Assembly (NCBI RefSeq): GCF_028641065.1
Contig: NC_073393.1
Location: 19,902,001-19,966,000, forward strand
From: Leucoraja erinacea
Taxonomy: Eukaryota
Direction of reading: 5' to 3'
Length of the DNA stretch: 64,000 nucleotides
The position numbers and the translations under genes are program-made. Within the stretch, counting starts at the first letter, position 1. Each line of letters begins with the position of its first letter. Below, one piece after another: positions 1 to 13,200 of the stretch. The notes beneath the pieces are model-generated. The model did no database searches, was not told where the DNA came from, and saw only the letters and a list, made by a program, of their open reading frames with translations.

Positions 1-750
1 CAATAGTTTCCAAAACTGGTCATAAGTATAGATGGGCATAAGCTCGGTATTATGTCCTTGGCAGAAGGATCTATTTTTGCGCTGTCCGACTCTTTGACTG
101 CAAAGCACACGAGATAAAGATTAGTGGTAATATTTCAACACTGCAGTAGAGACACTAGAAGGCATTCCTGATGCTATTGTTTATTTTTGTTTAAGTTCTG
201 GGCATTAGCCTGAGTGTGGACGCTGATATTGCTTTGCTCACACTGCCTGGGGGGTTCGATGATTGATAGCATACTTCTCCACATATGCTCATTGTCTGTT
301 GTAGGTCGATCAATTCTCAAATCACGGCTTTATGGAAAATAATTTGGGGGGGGGGGGGGGGGGGTGGAAGCCTGGTTCAAGGCCTTGTCTTTACTTCAAA
401 GCCTGTGCTGTCACATCTAAAATGGATCTAAATATCACCATTATTATTTGACTTAATTCAGAAATAACATCAGGTAACGAGTTGGATTGCATTTACTGCA
501 GAATTCTTAAGACTCCTCAGTGACAGTGGTCGGATGTTTTGCAATGCCCGGGCATCCCAGCTGCTGAAGGGGACTTTTGGGAGGTGATGTGCAGCACAGT
601 GACTGAAAATATTGAGAAAGTTGCTGGGGTTACCACGCAATCTTTCTGGGTTTGGTGCTCTTATGAATGTTAGATTTGTGGGTTTCATTTTGTAGGTAAT
701 GTAAACTGGGGACCATTTGCAAGGGTAGTTAAAACTGAAAATAACTTCGT

Positions 751-1120
751 TCAAGTGAGTTTATTGTCATGTGTCCCTGTATAGGACAATGAAATTCTTG
801 CTTTGCTTAAGCACACAGTAAAAAAATAGTAGGCATTTACCACACAACAGATAAATGTGTCCATATACCCTGATATAAATATATACACACATGAATAAAT
901 AAACTGGTAAAGTGCAAATAACAGAAAGTGGTTAATAATAATCAGAATTTTGTCCAAGCCAGGTTTAATAGCCTGATGGCTGAGGGGAAGTAGCTATTCC
1001 TGAACCTGGTTGTTGCAGTCTTCAGGCTCCTGTACCTTCTACCTGAAGGTAGCAGGGAGATGAGTGCGTGGCCAGGATGGTGTGGGTCTTTGATGATACT
1101 GCCAGCCTTTTTGAGGCATT
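751..1120 (-). mobile_element. Rex1/Babar-type LINE 3' fragment
   Basis: HHPGHALISLLPSGRRYRSL...RFRNSYFP C-terminus, then AATAAA and a short tail. Confidence 0.7.
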
Positions 1121-1234
1121 TCCTCATTAATAGTTGTCGTGTAGCTCTTGAAGTAGAAGTGTTTGAGGACTGTTCTCATTATTTTCTCTGCGGCATGTAT
1201 TAGGGAGCCCCGCGTATTCCATTACATGAAATGA

Positions 1235-3064
1235 AAGAGATTAGTTAAAACAAATGTAGGTCCCTTGCAGTCAGAAACAAGTGAGTTGGTCATGGGGAAC
1301 AAGGATATGGCGGACCAATTGAATAACTACTTTGGTTCCGTCTTCACTAAGGAAGACATAAATAATTTGCCGGAATTAGCAGGGGACCGCGGGTGAAAGG
1401 AGTTGGAGGAATTGAGTGAAATCCAGGTTAGCCGGGAAGTGGTGTTGGGTAAATTGAATGGATTAAAGGCCGATAAATCCCCAGGGCCAGATAGGCTGCA
1501 TCCCAGAGTACTTAAGGAAGTAGCTCCAGAAATAGTGGATGCATTAGTAATAATCTTTCAAAACTCTTTAGATTCTGGAGTAGTTCCTGAAGATTGGCGG
1601 GTAGCAAACGTAACCCCACTTTTTAAGAAGGGAGGGAGAGAGAAAATGGGGAATTACAGACCAGTTAGTCTAACATCGGTAGTGGGGAAACTGCTAGAGT
1701 CAGTTATTAAAGATGGGATAGCAGCAAACTTGGAAAGTGGTGAAATCATTGGACAAAGTCAGCATGGATTTATGAAAGGTAAATCATGTCTGACGAATTT
1801 TATAGAAATTTTCGAGGATGTAACTAGTAGCGTGGATAGGGGAGAACCAATGGATGTGGTGTATCTGGACTTCCAGAAGGCTTTCGACAAGGTTCCACAT
1901 AAGAGATTAGTATACAAACTTAAAGCACACGGCATTGGGGGTTCAGTATTGATGTGGATAGGGAACTGGCTGGCAAACAGGAAGCAAAGAGTAGGAGTAA
2001 ACGGGTCCTTTTCACAATGGCAGGCAGTGACTAGTGGGGTACCGCAAGGCTCAGTGCTGGGACCCCAGCTATTTACAATATATATTAATGATCTGGATGA
2101 GGGAATTGAAGGCAATATCTCCAAGTTTGCGGATGACACTAAGCTGGGGGGCAGTGTTAGCTGTGAGGAGGATGCTAGGAGACTGCAAGGTGACTTGGAT
2201 AGGCTGGGTGAGTGGGCAAATGTTTGGCAGATGCAGTATAATGTGGATAAATGTGAGGTTATCCATTTTGGTGGTAAAAACGGGAAAGCAGACTATTATC
2301 TAAATGGTGGCCGATTGGGTAAGGGGGAGATGCAGCGAGACCTGGGTGTCATGGTACACCAGTCATTGAAGGTAGGCATGCAGGTGCAGCAGGCAGTAAA
2401 GAAAGCAAATGGTATGTTAGCTTTCATTGCAAAATGATTTGAGTATAGGAGCAGGGAGGTTCTACTGCAGTTGTACAGGGTCTTGGGTGAGACCACACCT
2501 GGAGTATTGCGTACAGTTTTGGTCTCCAAATCTGAGGAAGGACATTATTGCCATAGAGGGAGTGCAGAGACGGTTCACCAGACTGATTCCTGGGATGTCA
2601 GGACTGTCTTATGAAGAAAGACTGGATAGACTTGGTTTATACTCTCTAGAATTTAGAAGATTGAGAGGGGATCTTATAGAAACTTACAAAATTCTTAAGG
2701 GGTTGGACAGGCTAGATGCAGGAAGATTGTTCCCGATGTTAGGGAAGTCCAGGACAAGGGGTCACAGCTTAGGGATAAGGGGGAAATCCTTTAAAACCGA
2801 GATGAGAAGAACTTTTTTCACACAGAGAGTGGTGAATCTCTGGAACTCTCTGCCACAGAGGGTAGTTGAGGCCAGTTCATTGGCTATATTTAAGAGGGAG
2901 TTAGATGTGGCCCTTGTGGCTAAGGGGATTAGGGGGTATGGAGAGAAGGCAGGTATGGGATACTGAGTTGGATGATCAGCCATGATCACATTGATTGGCG
3001 GTGCAGGCTCGAAGGGCCGAATGGCCTACTCCTGCACCTAATTTCTATGTTTCTATGTTTCTAT
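1235..3064 (+). mobile_element. CR1-clade LINE, 5'-truncated (RT), disrupted
   Basis: ORFs 1403-2437 and 2427-2966 with DFQKAFDKV, GVPQGSVLGP, KFADDTK; (TTTCTATG)n tail. Confidence 0.92.
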
Positions 3065-3234
3065 GAAAGTGTTGGTCCCAATTATTGCATCTGTAATGTC
3101 CCTTCTCTTCCTGGCTAGGAGGTGTGAGCCTGTAATTTTGTATCCGAATTGCACCTACACAATAGTGAATTTCCTGCATGTCAGTCCAGATACATCCACT
3201 AATAATGAAAATGTATCATAGCATCTGGCAGTTT

Positions 3235-4546
3235 AATTTTAATTTTAATCTTTTTATTTGAATTTCACATCAATTTGCATACATACAGACAGTGACACTC
3301 AAGGCATAATTGTGCAACAGTATGTAAGCGACCCTCAAATCCCTTACCCTTACCCACCTTCAACCCACCCGAATCAGGTCGGAACCAAACGGGGACAAAC
3401 AACACTCACATACGTACACATCCACACAAATACGTAGATGGAAACAAAACAAAATGTACTGGGAAAAAAAGAAAAGAAAAGAAAAAGTCACTAATAACAG
3501 TAAAGAAGTAGATAATTAAATAAATAAGCGAGGGGAGGGGGGGCTAAGGGGAGAGCAGCTGCAGTAAAGCAGGGCAGTGATGGAAAGCACTCAGTCCTCT
3601 TCCGAATCCGGGGACAAGTTAAGAGAGTTAACAAGTTCCAGGAAAGGGTTCCATGTATCTAGGAATATCTTGGTAGAGCCTTTGAGAGAGAACCTAAGTT
3701 TTTCAAGCTTTAAATTGTAGAGCACATCCTTGATCCAATGGGCGTGTGTCAGGGGACAGGTGAGCCTCCAGTTAAGCAAGATCATCACCGGGCTAACAAG
3801 GTTGTAAAAGCCAGGACCCGCTTCAACGCAACAGAGAGGTTGGTGTTCGGAGAAGTACCACAAATGCCTGACAGTGGGTTTGGAGGAATAGTCTGGCCAT
3901 AGGCTCTGCTTATCATGTCAAAAGCACTCCTCCAAAAGGCTGCTAGCTTAGGGCAAGACCAGAACATATGGCTATGGTTGGCAGGAGATTGATTACATCT
4001 GTTGCAGGTGTCCCTAACAGCGGGGTAAATTCTAGATAATCTTGCATTTGTGTAGTGGACTTTGTGAAGCACTTTGCATTGGATTAGGCCATGACGGGCA
4101 CATATGGAGGAAGAATGGATCAAATCCAAGGCAGAGTCCCATTGCTGGTCTGTTAGTTTCGTATTCAGCTCACCCTCCCACACAACTTTTAATGAGGTAT
4201 GAGGTTTCAATATAACCAACCCTAACAAGTTATACAAAACAGAGATGCATTTCTTCCGGTTGGGGTCTAGCGCTAGGATGGTATCGGTCAGCGTTTCAGT
4301 GGGGCGATTTGGGAAATGGGGGAATGTCTTCTTCCCAAAATCCCTAATCTGGAAAAAAAAAAAACGAAAAAGGTGGGAGTTTGGGAGGCTGTAGTTGGAT
4401 GAGAGCTCCGCAAAGGACGAAAAAATGCCATCCTTGTATAGGTTTTTGATACTACTGATACCGTTACCATGCCAAGTTTTGAATGCGGGGTCTGTACTTG
4501 AAGGTTTAAAGATGTGATTTTTAAGCAGTGGGGTCAAGATGGAAGG
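3235..4546 (-). mobile_element. L1/Tx1-type LINE 3' fragment
   Basis: ORF2 C-terminal CxxC...HMFWSC zinc-binding motif in ORF 3785-4537. Confidence 0.75.
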
Positions 4547-4877
4547 GCAGTTTAATTTTGTTCATTGAGTTTCATGTTAAATTAAAGTGGGCAGGAAAAT
4601 CAGTTCTGATGGCTAAGTAGACAGTGGTGCAATACTAAGTAAAGTCAAATTTAGAATGGAAATTAGTGTTTCCATGGGCCACTCCATGACAGTAAGAATA
4701 AAATAAGTTTCCAATTGTGGCCTGGCTACCATGCACAATAGTTTGATGCTCTCAATGGCAAATAAACAAGTAAGGATATTCGGTATTGGAAAATGTTTGA
4801 ATTGATAACTTTGAGAACCATCAGAAAATGGTAAATAGAAAATATTTTTCTCTGACTTGTATTTTTCGATGACACAG

Positions 4878-4909
4878 CAGAGAAGCTTAATGAAAGGGAA
4901 ACATCCCAA
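4878..4909 (+). CDS. Gene A: candidate first cytoplasmic exon (AEKLNERETSQ)
   Basis: acag|CA...CAA|gtgagc, 32 nt, phase 1 to phase 0. Same phase pattern as the short tail exon of gene B. Short, so weak support. Confidence 0.35.
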
Positions 4910-5431
4910 GTGAGCTTTTAATTAAGTGCAGACAGAAGGCTGGCAAACTAGTCTGTGGCCAAATAAATAAAATATAACACTTAAATGCACAAAACGGGGA
5001 CCAGTAAGAGAAGGCGCCCCCGTTCAAATAAACCCTAGCTAGTTGAATTTGAAGACACAAGAGAGAACATTTACTTTCAATTCGATCAACATTGGGAAAT
5101 GATGCAGATGAGGCCTTCAGCAACTATTTCCATGCAAGAACATAAAAAAAAAATTAAATCACTCTACTTAGCAGTATATTTTGTTTGGATTGATGCTAAT
5201 GCATAGTCTTATGTTTAGCCAATGATCACTGGACAACCCAGAGCAGCAATAAATGAATCAATTTGTTCTTTCGCAGAAGAAAATATAATATTAATATAAT
5301 AACATTTTTCATATTAATAAAGGCATTGGTATTTTGCTACAATTTACAATGTTCATTACTGGCAGCGGTGGTGTATTTTTAGAAATATGTTGATTGATGT
5401 AATAATTGTAACAAATTGTGATAACTTTCAG

Positions 5432-5566
5432 ACAATGCAATCCGAATGTGATCCAAAGTTAACGTATACTACTCTAAACATCGCTGGTCTAAAACCATCT
5501 ACTAAATGCAGATACGTTGAAGAAAGCACGGTGTATGCCCAGGTAAGTGTAACAAGAGCCAATTAA
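5432..5566 (+). CDS. Gene A: ITIM/ITSM cytoplasmic exon of an inhibitory IgSF receptor whose 5' part lies outside the window
   Basis: tttcag| TMQSECDPK-LTYTTL-NIAGLKPSTKCRYVEES-TVYAQV-SVTRAN*. ITIM LxYxxL and ITSM TxYxxV; aligns with the last exon of gene B. Internal donor CAG|gtaagt after 5542. Confidence 0.75.
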   Translation, partial: TMQSECDPKLTYTTLNIAGLKPSTKCRYVEESTVYAQVSVTRAN

Positions 5567-5633
5567 TGGAATAACTCACGAATCAAAGAAGAATGCATGT
5601 TAACCAATTATCTATGCAAGGTGACTGTCGTTA

Positions 5634-6500
5634 CATAGATGAATAGATGCATAGACAATAGGTGCAGGAGTAGGCCATTCGGTCCCCCAAGCCAGCACCG
5701 CCATTCAATGTGATCATGGCTGATCATCCAAAGAGCTCTATCTCACTCTCTTTTGAATGCATCCAATTAATCGCCCTCTACTGCCTCCAATTCCACAAAT
5801 TTGCAGCCCTCTGGGTGAAAAAGTTTTTCCTCATCTCAGTCCTAGATGGCTTACCCCTTATTCTTAAACTGTGGTCCCTTTAAGGACTGGACTCCCCCAA
5901 CATCGGGAACATGTTTCTTGCATCTAGCGTGTCAAATCCATTAATAATTTTATATGTTTCTAAATTCCAGTGAATACAAGCTCAGTCGCTCCAGTCGTGC
6001 CATCCTGTGAATTAACCTCGTGAACCTAAGCTGCACTCCCTCGATAGCAATAATGTCCTTCCTCAAATTAGGGGACCAAAACTGCACACAATACTCCAGT
6101 TGTGGTCTCATCAGGGCCCTGTACAACTGCAGAAGGACCTCTTTGCTCATATACTCAACTCCTATCGTTATGAAGGCCAACATGCCATTAGCTTTCTTCA
6201 CTGCCTGCTGTACCTGCATGCTTACTTTCAGTGACTGATGTACAAGGCCACCTAGGTCTCGTTGTACTCCCCATTTCCTAACCTGACATAATTCAGATAA
6301 TAATCTGCCTTCCTGTTCTTTCCACCAGTGGATAACCTTGCATTTATCCACATTATATTTGCATTTGCCATGCATCTGCCCACTCGCCCAACCTGTCCGT
6401 CACCCTGAATCCTCATAGCATCCTCTTCACAGTTTGCACTGCAACCCAGACTTGTGTCATCTGCAAATTTGCTAATGTTACTTTTAATTCCCTCATGTAA
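5634..6500 (-). mobile_element. CR1 LINE 3' fragment
   Basis: QQAVKKANGMLAFI...LEYCVQFWSP; similar to 2200-3060. Confidence 0.85.
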
Positions 6501-8066
6501 ATATTGTTACTTTTAATTCCCTCATCTAACCCCCCCCCCCCCCCCCTCCCCAGCTACAACCAGTAGAATGAAATCAAGAACATGTAGATATAACCGCCAA
6601 CATTGGCTCTTTCGCTCTGTCTTTGCTTCGATTATTTTGGATGGATTTCGTTGTCTTGGCCAAGCCAATATTTATTGATCATTCCTAACGGTGATTGAGG
6701 AGATCGTAATAGCCGCATCCTTGAACTTCTACAATCTACTTGCTAGACTGTTATTGGGAGGCAGTCCAGAAAAGTAGACCCAATGATGGTGAAGGACTAA
6801 TGATAAAATCCCTATGTCAGGGTGGTGTGTGATCTTGACAGAAACCTGCCAAGTATTTCCATCCTGCCCTTCCAGCATTGGAAGAAATGTGTGTAGGGCG
6901 ATGGACTGGTGTTGCTGAGATGGTCTGCTTTTTCCGGAATTATGTCGTTTCCGTGGAGTTACTGGAACTCATCCAGACAAATGGAATTGGTCTTTTTTCA
7001 TATACTTAACTTCTGCTTTGAAATGGAGGAAAGATTTCATGGTGTCATATGGACTGAATTTGCGTTTATTATCATTTGCACAGGGATAGCCAGGTACAAG
7101 TACAATGACAACCTTGCTCGCAGCAGCATCACCGGCACCAAGAATCAGGAGGCATACTACAACATGACATACATAATTATACTTAAGTTATAAGTAACTT
7201 CTGCTGGGCAGTAGAAAAAATAAGCAATATGGCAGAAAACAAAAAATGATTGCAAAACACCCTTACAAAAACAAGCTCACAGTTGTGCCATCGTGTTTTA
7301 TTGGTGAGGTAGAATTGGGATTGAGCAGGCTACTTCAAAAACCTTATGGTTGTAGGAAAGTGCCTGGTCCTGAACCTGGCGGCGTGGGGTTTTAGGCCTC
7401 TGCGCTTCCTGCAGGATGGTAGAGGCGTGAGACGGCATGTACCTGATGGTTGGGAGCCTAGACGATAGATGCCACCATCTTGAGGAAATGCCTCATGTTG
7501 ATGCTTTAAATGGTGAGGATGCTGGGGACGGTGAAGTACATAGAGCTGGTTGATGACCAGCATGGATAAGATCGGCCAAATAGCATGTTTTCTCTCAATT
7601 ATTCTCGACATGAAGCACCAAGAAGATAATTTATACAGTAGTAGACGGCTAAAAGCTAAAACCTCATAATTTCTTAGTCACGAAATGTTGAAATAATTAT
7701 AAGAAGAAAGGAATTAAACAATATGAAAACAAGCTGATCAAGGATAATTTACCAATACATTGTTCGAGCGATGAGATAGGAGATTTATTTTCAATTCAGC
7801 GAATTCTTGAAATGCGCAGATTGTCGACTGAAACACTTCTATTAAACATGACAAATTATATCATAGGTGAAAGTAAACGCACAATTCAGTTGCAAATGAT
7901 CAGTGGCAAAGACCATGTGGCTGTCTTATATCTTGTATTCCATTGGACGAATATGCCTATCAATTAAAACGTTGCATTTATTTTGGTGGCGTAGTTACTG
8001 AGGGACAGCTGTCAAAGCAAAAGCTGAAATGAATTGACGACTATGTTATGAAACACTATTTTACAG

Positions 8067-8147
8067 ACAATACATGGCCGACCTGAACGCATGGCTGAAG
8101 AAATGAATATCAATACAGGAAACATCAACCAAAGTGTAAAATCGTAA
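8067..8147 (+). CDS. Gene A: candidate alternative terminal exon (TIHGRPERMAEEMNINTGNINQSVKS*)
   Basis: ttttacag| acceptor, phase 0 compatible with the donor after 5542, open to TAA. Confidence 0.35.
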   Translation, partial: TIHGRPERMAEEMNINTGNINQSVKS

Positions 8148-10133
8148 TCTGCCTTACACTGCAAAATTCGCAGGAATGTTGAGTAGTGTCAAGGCCGCCA
8201 TATTTTCCAGTGCATTTGGAACATTATCGCTGGAAGTTCTGTATTTGTTGGGTTTTGTTCAGTTTATTTATGGATCCATGCTTTCCTGATTGAAAACACG
8301 CCAATTTAGTCGAATATTCTGCAAACAATATGGATTGTTTCAAGCTCTTACTGACTAAAAAATTGCTCTTTTGTACCCAACCGGCCCAGTGACAGCCCCA
8401 GTTATGAATTTTCCAATAGTATTCATCTTTCAGATCATGCAAATTGTCCATTAACTAACGTAAGGATCTGTATGTAAACTGACGTGGAGATGTTTTTGTA
8501 CTCAGGGGTCATATCTTATCGAACAGTAAATGTTGCAAGAATTAAAAATAGACTCTTCAGGTTAGACCGCTAATCGGCACGAGTAGAAGCCGGGTGCATA
8601 CGGCTTTTTTAGTACGAGTGGGACATGTACAGTCGATACAGTCGGTGTTTCCTCGTCAATTGAATTGTCCGCAACATGGACGTCATCTTTTTATTGTGAG
8701 TGAACATTTCCGTGCTAAATCTATATCATACCAATATATCGTAGTAATTATTTTTGCTGTTAATCTCTGTGAATCAATAAACCCGTTTTACTTCTTGAAT
8801 GTCAGTGTTGCATATTATTTCTGCCTTCTTGATTCTTATATGGCTTGAATTAGAAATCTATTCTGACTATCGTAACTGTCTATTACCTCAATAATTTGAC
8901 ACGCGTGTAGCAGGTCGCCATTCAGCCTCATACGCTTGAGGTATACATGACAATTCTTTCAAATTTCACCCCATAAGTGTTCTAAAATGTAACACCTCAC
9001 ATTTCCCTGTATTCCATTCCATCAACCATTCCTCAGCCCACCTGGCTAATCGATCCAGATCCTGCTGCTATCTTTCACAACAGTCTTTACTATCTGCAAA
9101 ACCACTCACTTTTGTATCATCAACAAACTTGCTAATCTTGCCCTGTATGTTCCCATCCAAATGACACGACCACAGCTGGGAAGAAACTGTCACTGGATCT
9201 GGACGTATGCGTTTTCATACTCTGTCCCTCTTGCCTAGTGGGTGAGGGGAGAAGTTGGAGTGTTCGGGTTGAGACCCTACCTTGATTATACCGATGGCTT
9301 TGCGAGGCAGCGCGCAGTGTAGATGGAGTTAATGGCAGGGAGATGGTTTGCGTGACGGTCTGGGCTGGTCCACAATTCTCTGCTATTTCTTGCGGTCTAG
9401 GATGGAGCTATTCCCACGTCACCTGTGATACATCCCGATAAAATGCTTCATACGATGCATATGTTCAGTTTTCTTAAACTATGAGGAGTACAGACAGGAT
9501 AGATGTTCAGGGTCTTTATCTTAATATTGTGGAGATATGTTTAACTGGCGAGGGTATGCTTAAAATGAGATGAGTAGAAAAGCGTGGGATAATTATGTAC
9601 ACAGAATGTGGTTACTACCATGGACGAGCTGACAAAAATACAGCCTTTCACTTGCATTTCCCCAGGCACTTAGATAGGAAAAAAGTAGAGCGATGATCTT
9701 ATGCGGTTAGCTAGGATTTGCGGGCAAAGGCATTTATTGTGCCGAACAGCCCTTATTAAGGGTAACATTCATCAAAGTAGATAATCTCTCATTAAAATCC
9801 CCTGCTCACTGCGCATTGTCTTGTAAATGATTGTCTGTACGATCTGCGACACAATGTTAATCAGGCTTATGTAATTGAAATATCGTTCGCTTCAGAGTGA
9901 ATGGACGCTAGCTGGTTTCACAGCTATTGAAAAATCCTGATTCCTGCATACTCTGTTTCATTGTTCTTCGCCGTTCTTGAATGTTTCAGAGAAGCGGCGA
10001 GATCCAGAGTTGCATAGGTCAGTTTATGTTCTGACACTTCTTTGACCTGTCGAAAAATAATCAGAGATCATGAGCTGCTGATTCGCCCATATGGGCGACG
10101 TACACGGATTTTCCTTGCAGTACACTTCCGCTT

Positions 10134-10229
10134 TTACAATACCTGGCCATAGGTTGTTCGTTCTTCGTGGCGTTTGTTTTTCGTAGTTTTCTTCTGTCCG
10201 CTGAAGTTCATATCTGCATACGAAGGATA
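10134..10229 (-). CDS. Gene B cyt2 exon YPSYADMNFSGQKKTTKNKRHEERTTYGQVL*
   Basis: gttccctcag| acceptor, phase 0; YADM and TTYGQV (ITSM). Homologous to gene A 5432-5566. Confidence 0.75.
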   Translation of the reverse strand, partial: YPSYADMNFSGQKKTTKNKRHEERTTYGQVL

Positions 10230-13200
10230 CTGAGGGAACATTTATTTGAAAGGGAATAAACTCCGCATTTACAAACAACTGCGAAGACGAGCAAACACAA
10301 AACAAGCGGGTGGAAGCTGGGTCCGCACGACCAGTCATTCCATTGCTATATATGGTTACTTCCCTATGATGAGATTACTAAAAAAGTAAACGGAAGCAAC
10401 TCGTATCTAATTGGTTTGAGTTTCCTGAATAATTAGTGAACTATTAGCCAAATCGTGAAACGCATGGGGCAAAACACTGACCGAAAGTGTGTTGGACGAT
10501 GACTTCGAGGAAAATATAGAGTTGACGCGATTTCTGGGCTCAGACATGTTAGCAGATTTTCCGTCATATATCAGAACGAGCTACTCCGCAAAAAATATGA
10601 CGTGTGAATTTTGAATTGGAACAGGATGTGCCTCGGTTGTGATGCTTCACTAAGTAAATAATCCGCGCGACACAGACGGATTAGACATAAACTATTTAGG
10701 ATAACTCGAAGGATACGCAAGTACACGTCGCTGACGATCATGGACTATATCATAAGAATATGGGAGGATAAGGAAAAGCGCAAACGGTGCACATAGAGAG
10801 TTTCTCGAAAAGTGAATCCATCCTGTTGTCCCATCAATATCCTGTTAAACCATCAAAACAATTACCTGTTTTTCGAAATGGTGGGTTCTGGCTTCAATAT
10901 TTTCAGGTGCTAGTAGAGAACATAATAAAAAGACCAAATTTAATCATCAACGTATCACAACCTGCCTGCCGATAGTCAGTTAATAATCGAGTTGTGACCA
11001 GATTCGTTCGGCTGCAGAAATTGACCATTGCGATCATGCTATCTTGTTATTTAAACAAATCCTCTCCTCGTTAGTCCTAATGCTAAGGAAAAGCACACGG
11101 AAAAGTTGAAAACCTATTGTTTGCTTCCGCTTTCCTGTGATAACTGCCCCCTATTTAAACAACCCGACCTTTGCAGCATTTCACCTAGTGTTTAAAAACG
11201 CCTTCTTTTAGAACAAACGAAAACAATGATTTTGCAACCAACGGCTTAAACCGGTTAAAATGATGTTTGCCACAGAATGCTGCGGGCCGGAAAAAGGCCA
11301 GGTGGTCTAAATCGTTATTTCAGCACTCCTCGTTCCACCTTCAACTGAACATTGCTATTTTCGGAAGTAATTCAGTGGGTTAGGCAGCATCTACGGGGGA
11401 CATCGATAGTCGAAGTTCCGGCTCAACCCCAAAAGTCCCCTATCCATTGTCTATTCAGATGTTGCCAAACCGCAGAGTTATTCCAGCACTGTGTCGCTAA
11501 TTTCGTACAAGGATCAAATCAATTCTTACCTTCAGTACTGTGTAATTTGTACCGCCTGACATAACACACCAGCGCTGGAATAATTAGCACGCATATGGCA
11601 AATCCACCCGCCAGAAAGTAGACGAGTTTAACGCGTGTTCCTAAAGGGAAAATAAAAGCTGAATATTATAACTTTTCAGAGGTTATCTTAATCAATTATC
11701 TTAAATAATCAGAGTACACGAACCAGGGATTACAGAATGGGTTCCACATTTTCACTTTATTACGCTGAATTCCATCTGCCACTTATTTACCCCCTCTCCC
11801 GAGCTGTCCAGGTCCTTCAGCAAACTCCCTGCTTCCTCAGCACTATCTGCCCCTGTACCCATCTTAATGTCATCTGAAAAATTGGCGAAAGAGCCATCAA
11901 TTTCATCATCCTGATTTACATATAATGTAAAATGTAGCAGACACAACACCGACCCCTGCAGAACACCACTAGTCAACCGCAACAAACCACAAAATGGCCC
12001 TTTATTGGCACAATTTGCCTTCTGCCAGTCAGCCAATCTCCAATCCGTGCTACTCCCTTGCCTTTAATGCCTTGCGCTTCTATTTTATTCAGCGGCCTCA
12101 CGTGTGGCATCTCGTCAAAATTCCAAACAAAATGCATCCTTAATACGGATTCTAAAATTAAAAAATGTCAATCAGTAGCCTATAAAGATTAAGCTTCGTT
12201 TTACTCTTCATACTGTCCGATTGTTGAGTATCTCAAACATTTCCCTTTGTTTCTCCTTCACACTTTATGTCTACATACTATTTTGACATTGTACGAATGC
12301 GCTTGTCACCCCCTCGCCCCGTTTCGCCGTGTTACTGGTGACAGGGAGGAAGCCCCCAACTCTCCGGCAATCAAAATATAAACATTAAGGAAACGAATTA
12401 CCTGGAATGAAAACATCAAAAATGAATTCCACTGCGCATAATAAAAACACGATTTCTCGTGCACGATCTGTAATGTACTTAGTATTCGGTAAAATAGATT
12501 ATTCTACTGGGTTTCGGGACTATGTCTTCTGTGTTGGGATCATTAATATCGTAAATGCTGTTTAATTGAAATATCGACCGACTGTTGACATTTTGGAAAG
12601 ATAACTGCAGTCGATAGGGTTCATTTATCAACACAAGATCAGAATTATTCTGAGTTGTGATATATTTCTGAGAGGGTTTGGCGGACCAATCATTGATTCA
12701 CCATTGATGTGTTGCACGTGCACTATCCCAGCTTTCAAAATCGTTTGAACAATATAGACGCAAGTCACGTTATACAACCCCGAGAAAGTGACACTCTGGA
12801 TCCATTCCTGGCACATCTTCGCAGTTATTAACTCTGCTGTTTCACATCTGCAGAGACCCTGGATCAAATCTGGCCTCCAGTGTTCTCCGGGGTTTTGATA
12901 TTGCTACGGTGATCACGTTACTTCCGTAGGGTACTCTAACATCTTCCCAAATCTCAACCACTTGCAGGATTGTTGGTTAATTTGCCATTATACGTAGTCA
13001 TTAAGTTTGAAGAAGGGTCTCAACCCGAAACGTCACCCATTCTTTCTCTCCAAAGACGCTGCCTGTCCCGTTGAGCTACGCCAGTATTTTTGTGACTATC
13101 CTTGCTTGTCATTAAGGTGATGGTCATTTTGTGGGTAGTTGGTGGAACTGTGCAGGGAATGAAATGGGGCGACAGTAGGTTTTGTACAATTGGGGTAGCT

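Noticed and set aside
5277-5395. Possible gene A TM exon after the ttcgcag acceptor
   Set aside because: The phase-1 frame stops after a few codons; the hydrophobic frame has the wrong phase and ends in a stop.
12628-12867. Possible extra exon of gene B
   Set aside because: The phase-1 frame hits a stop, there is no domain signature, and gene E has no counterpart.
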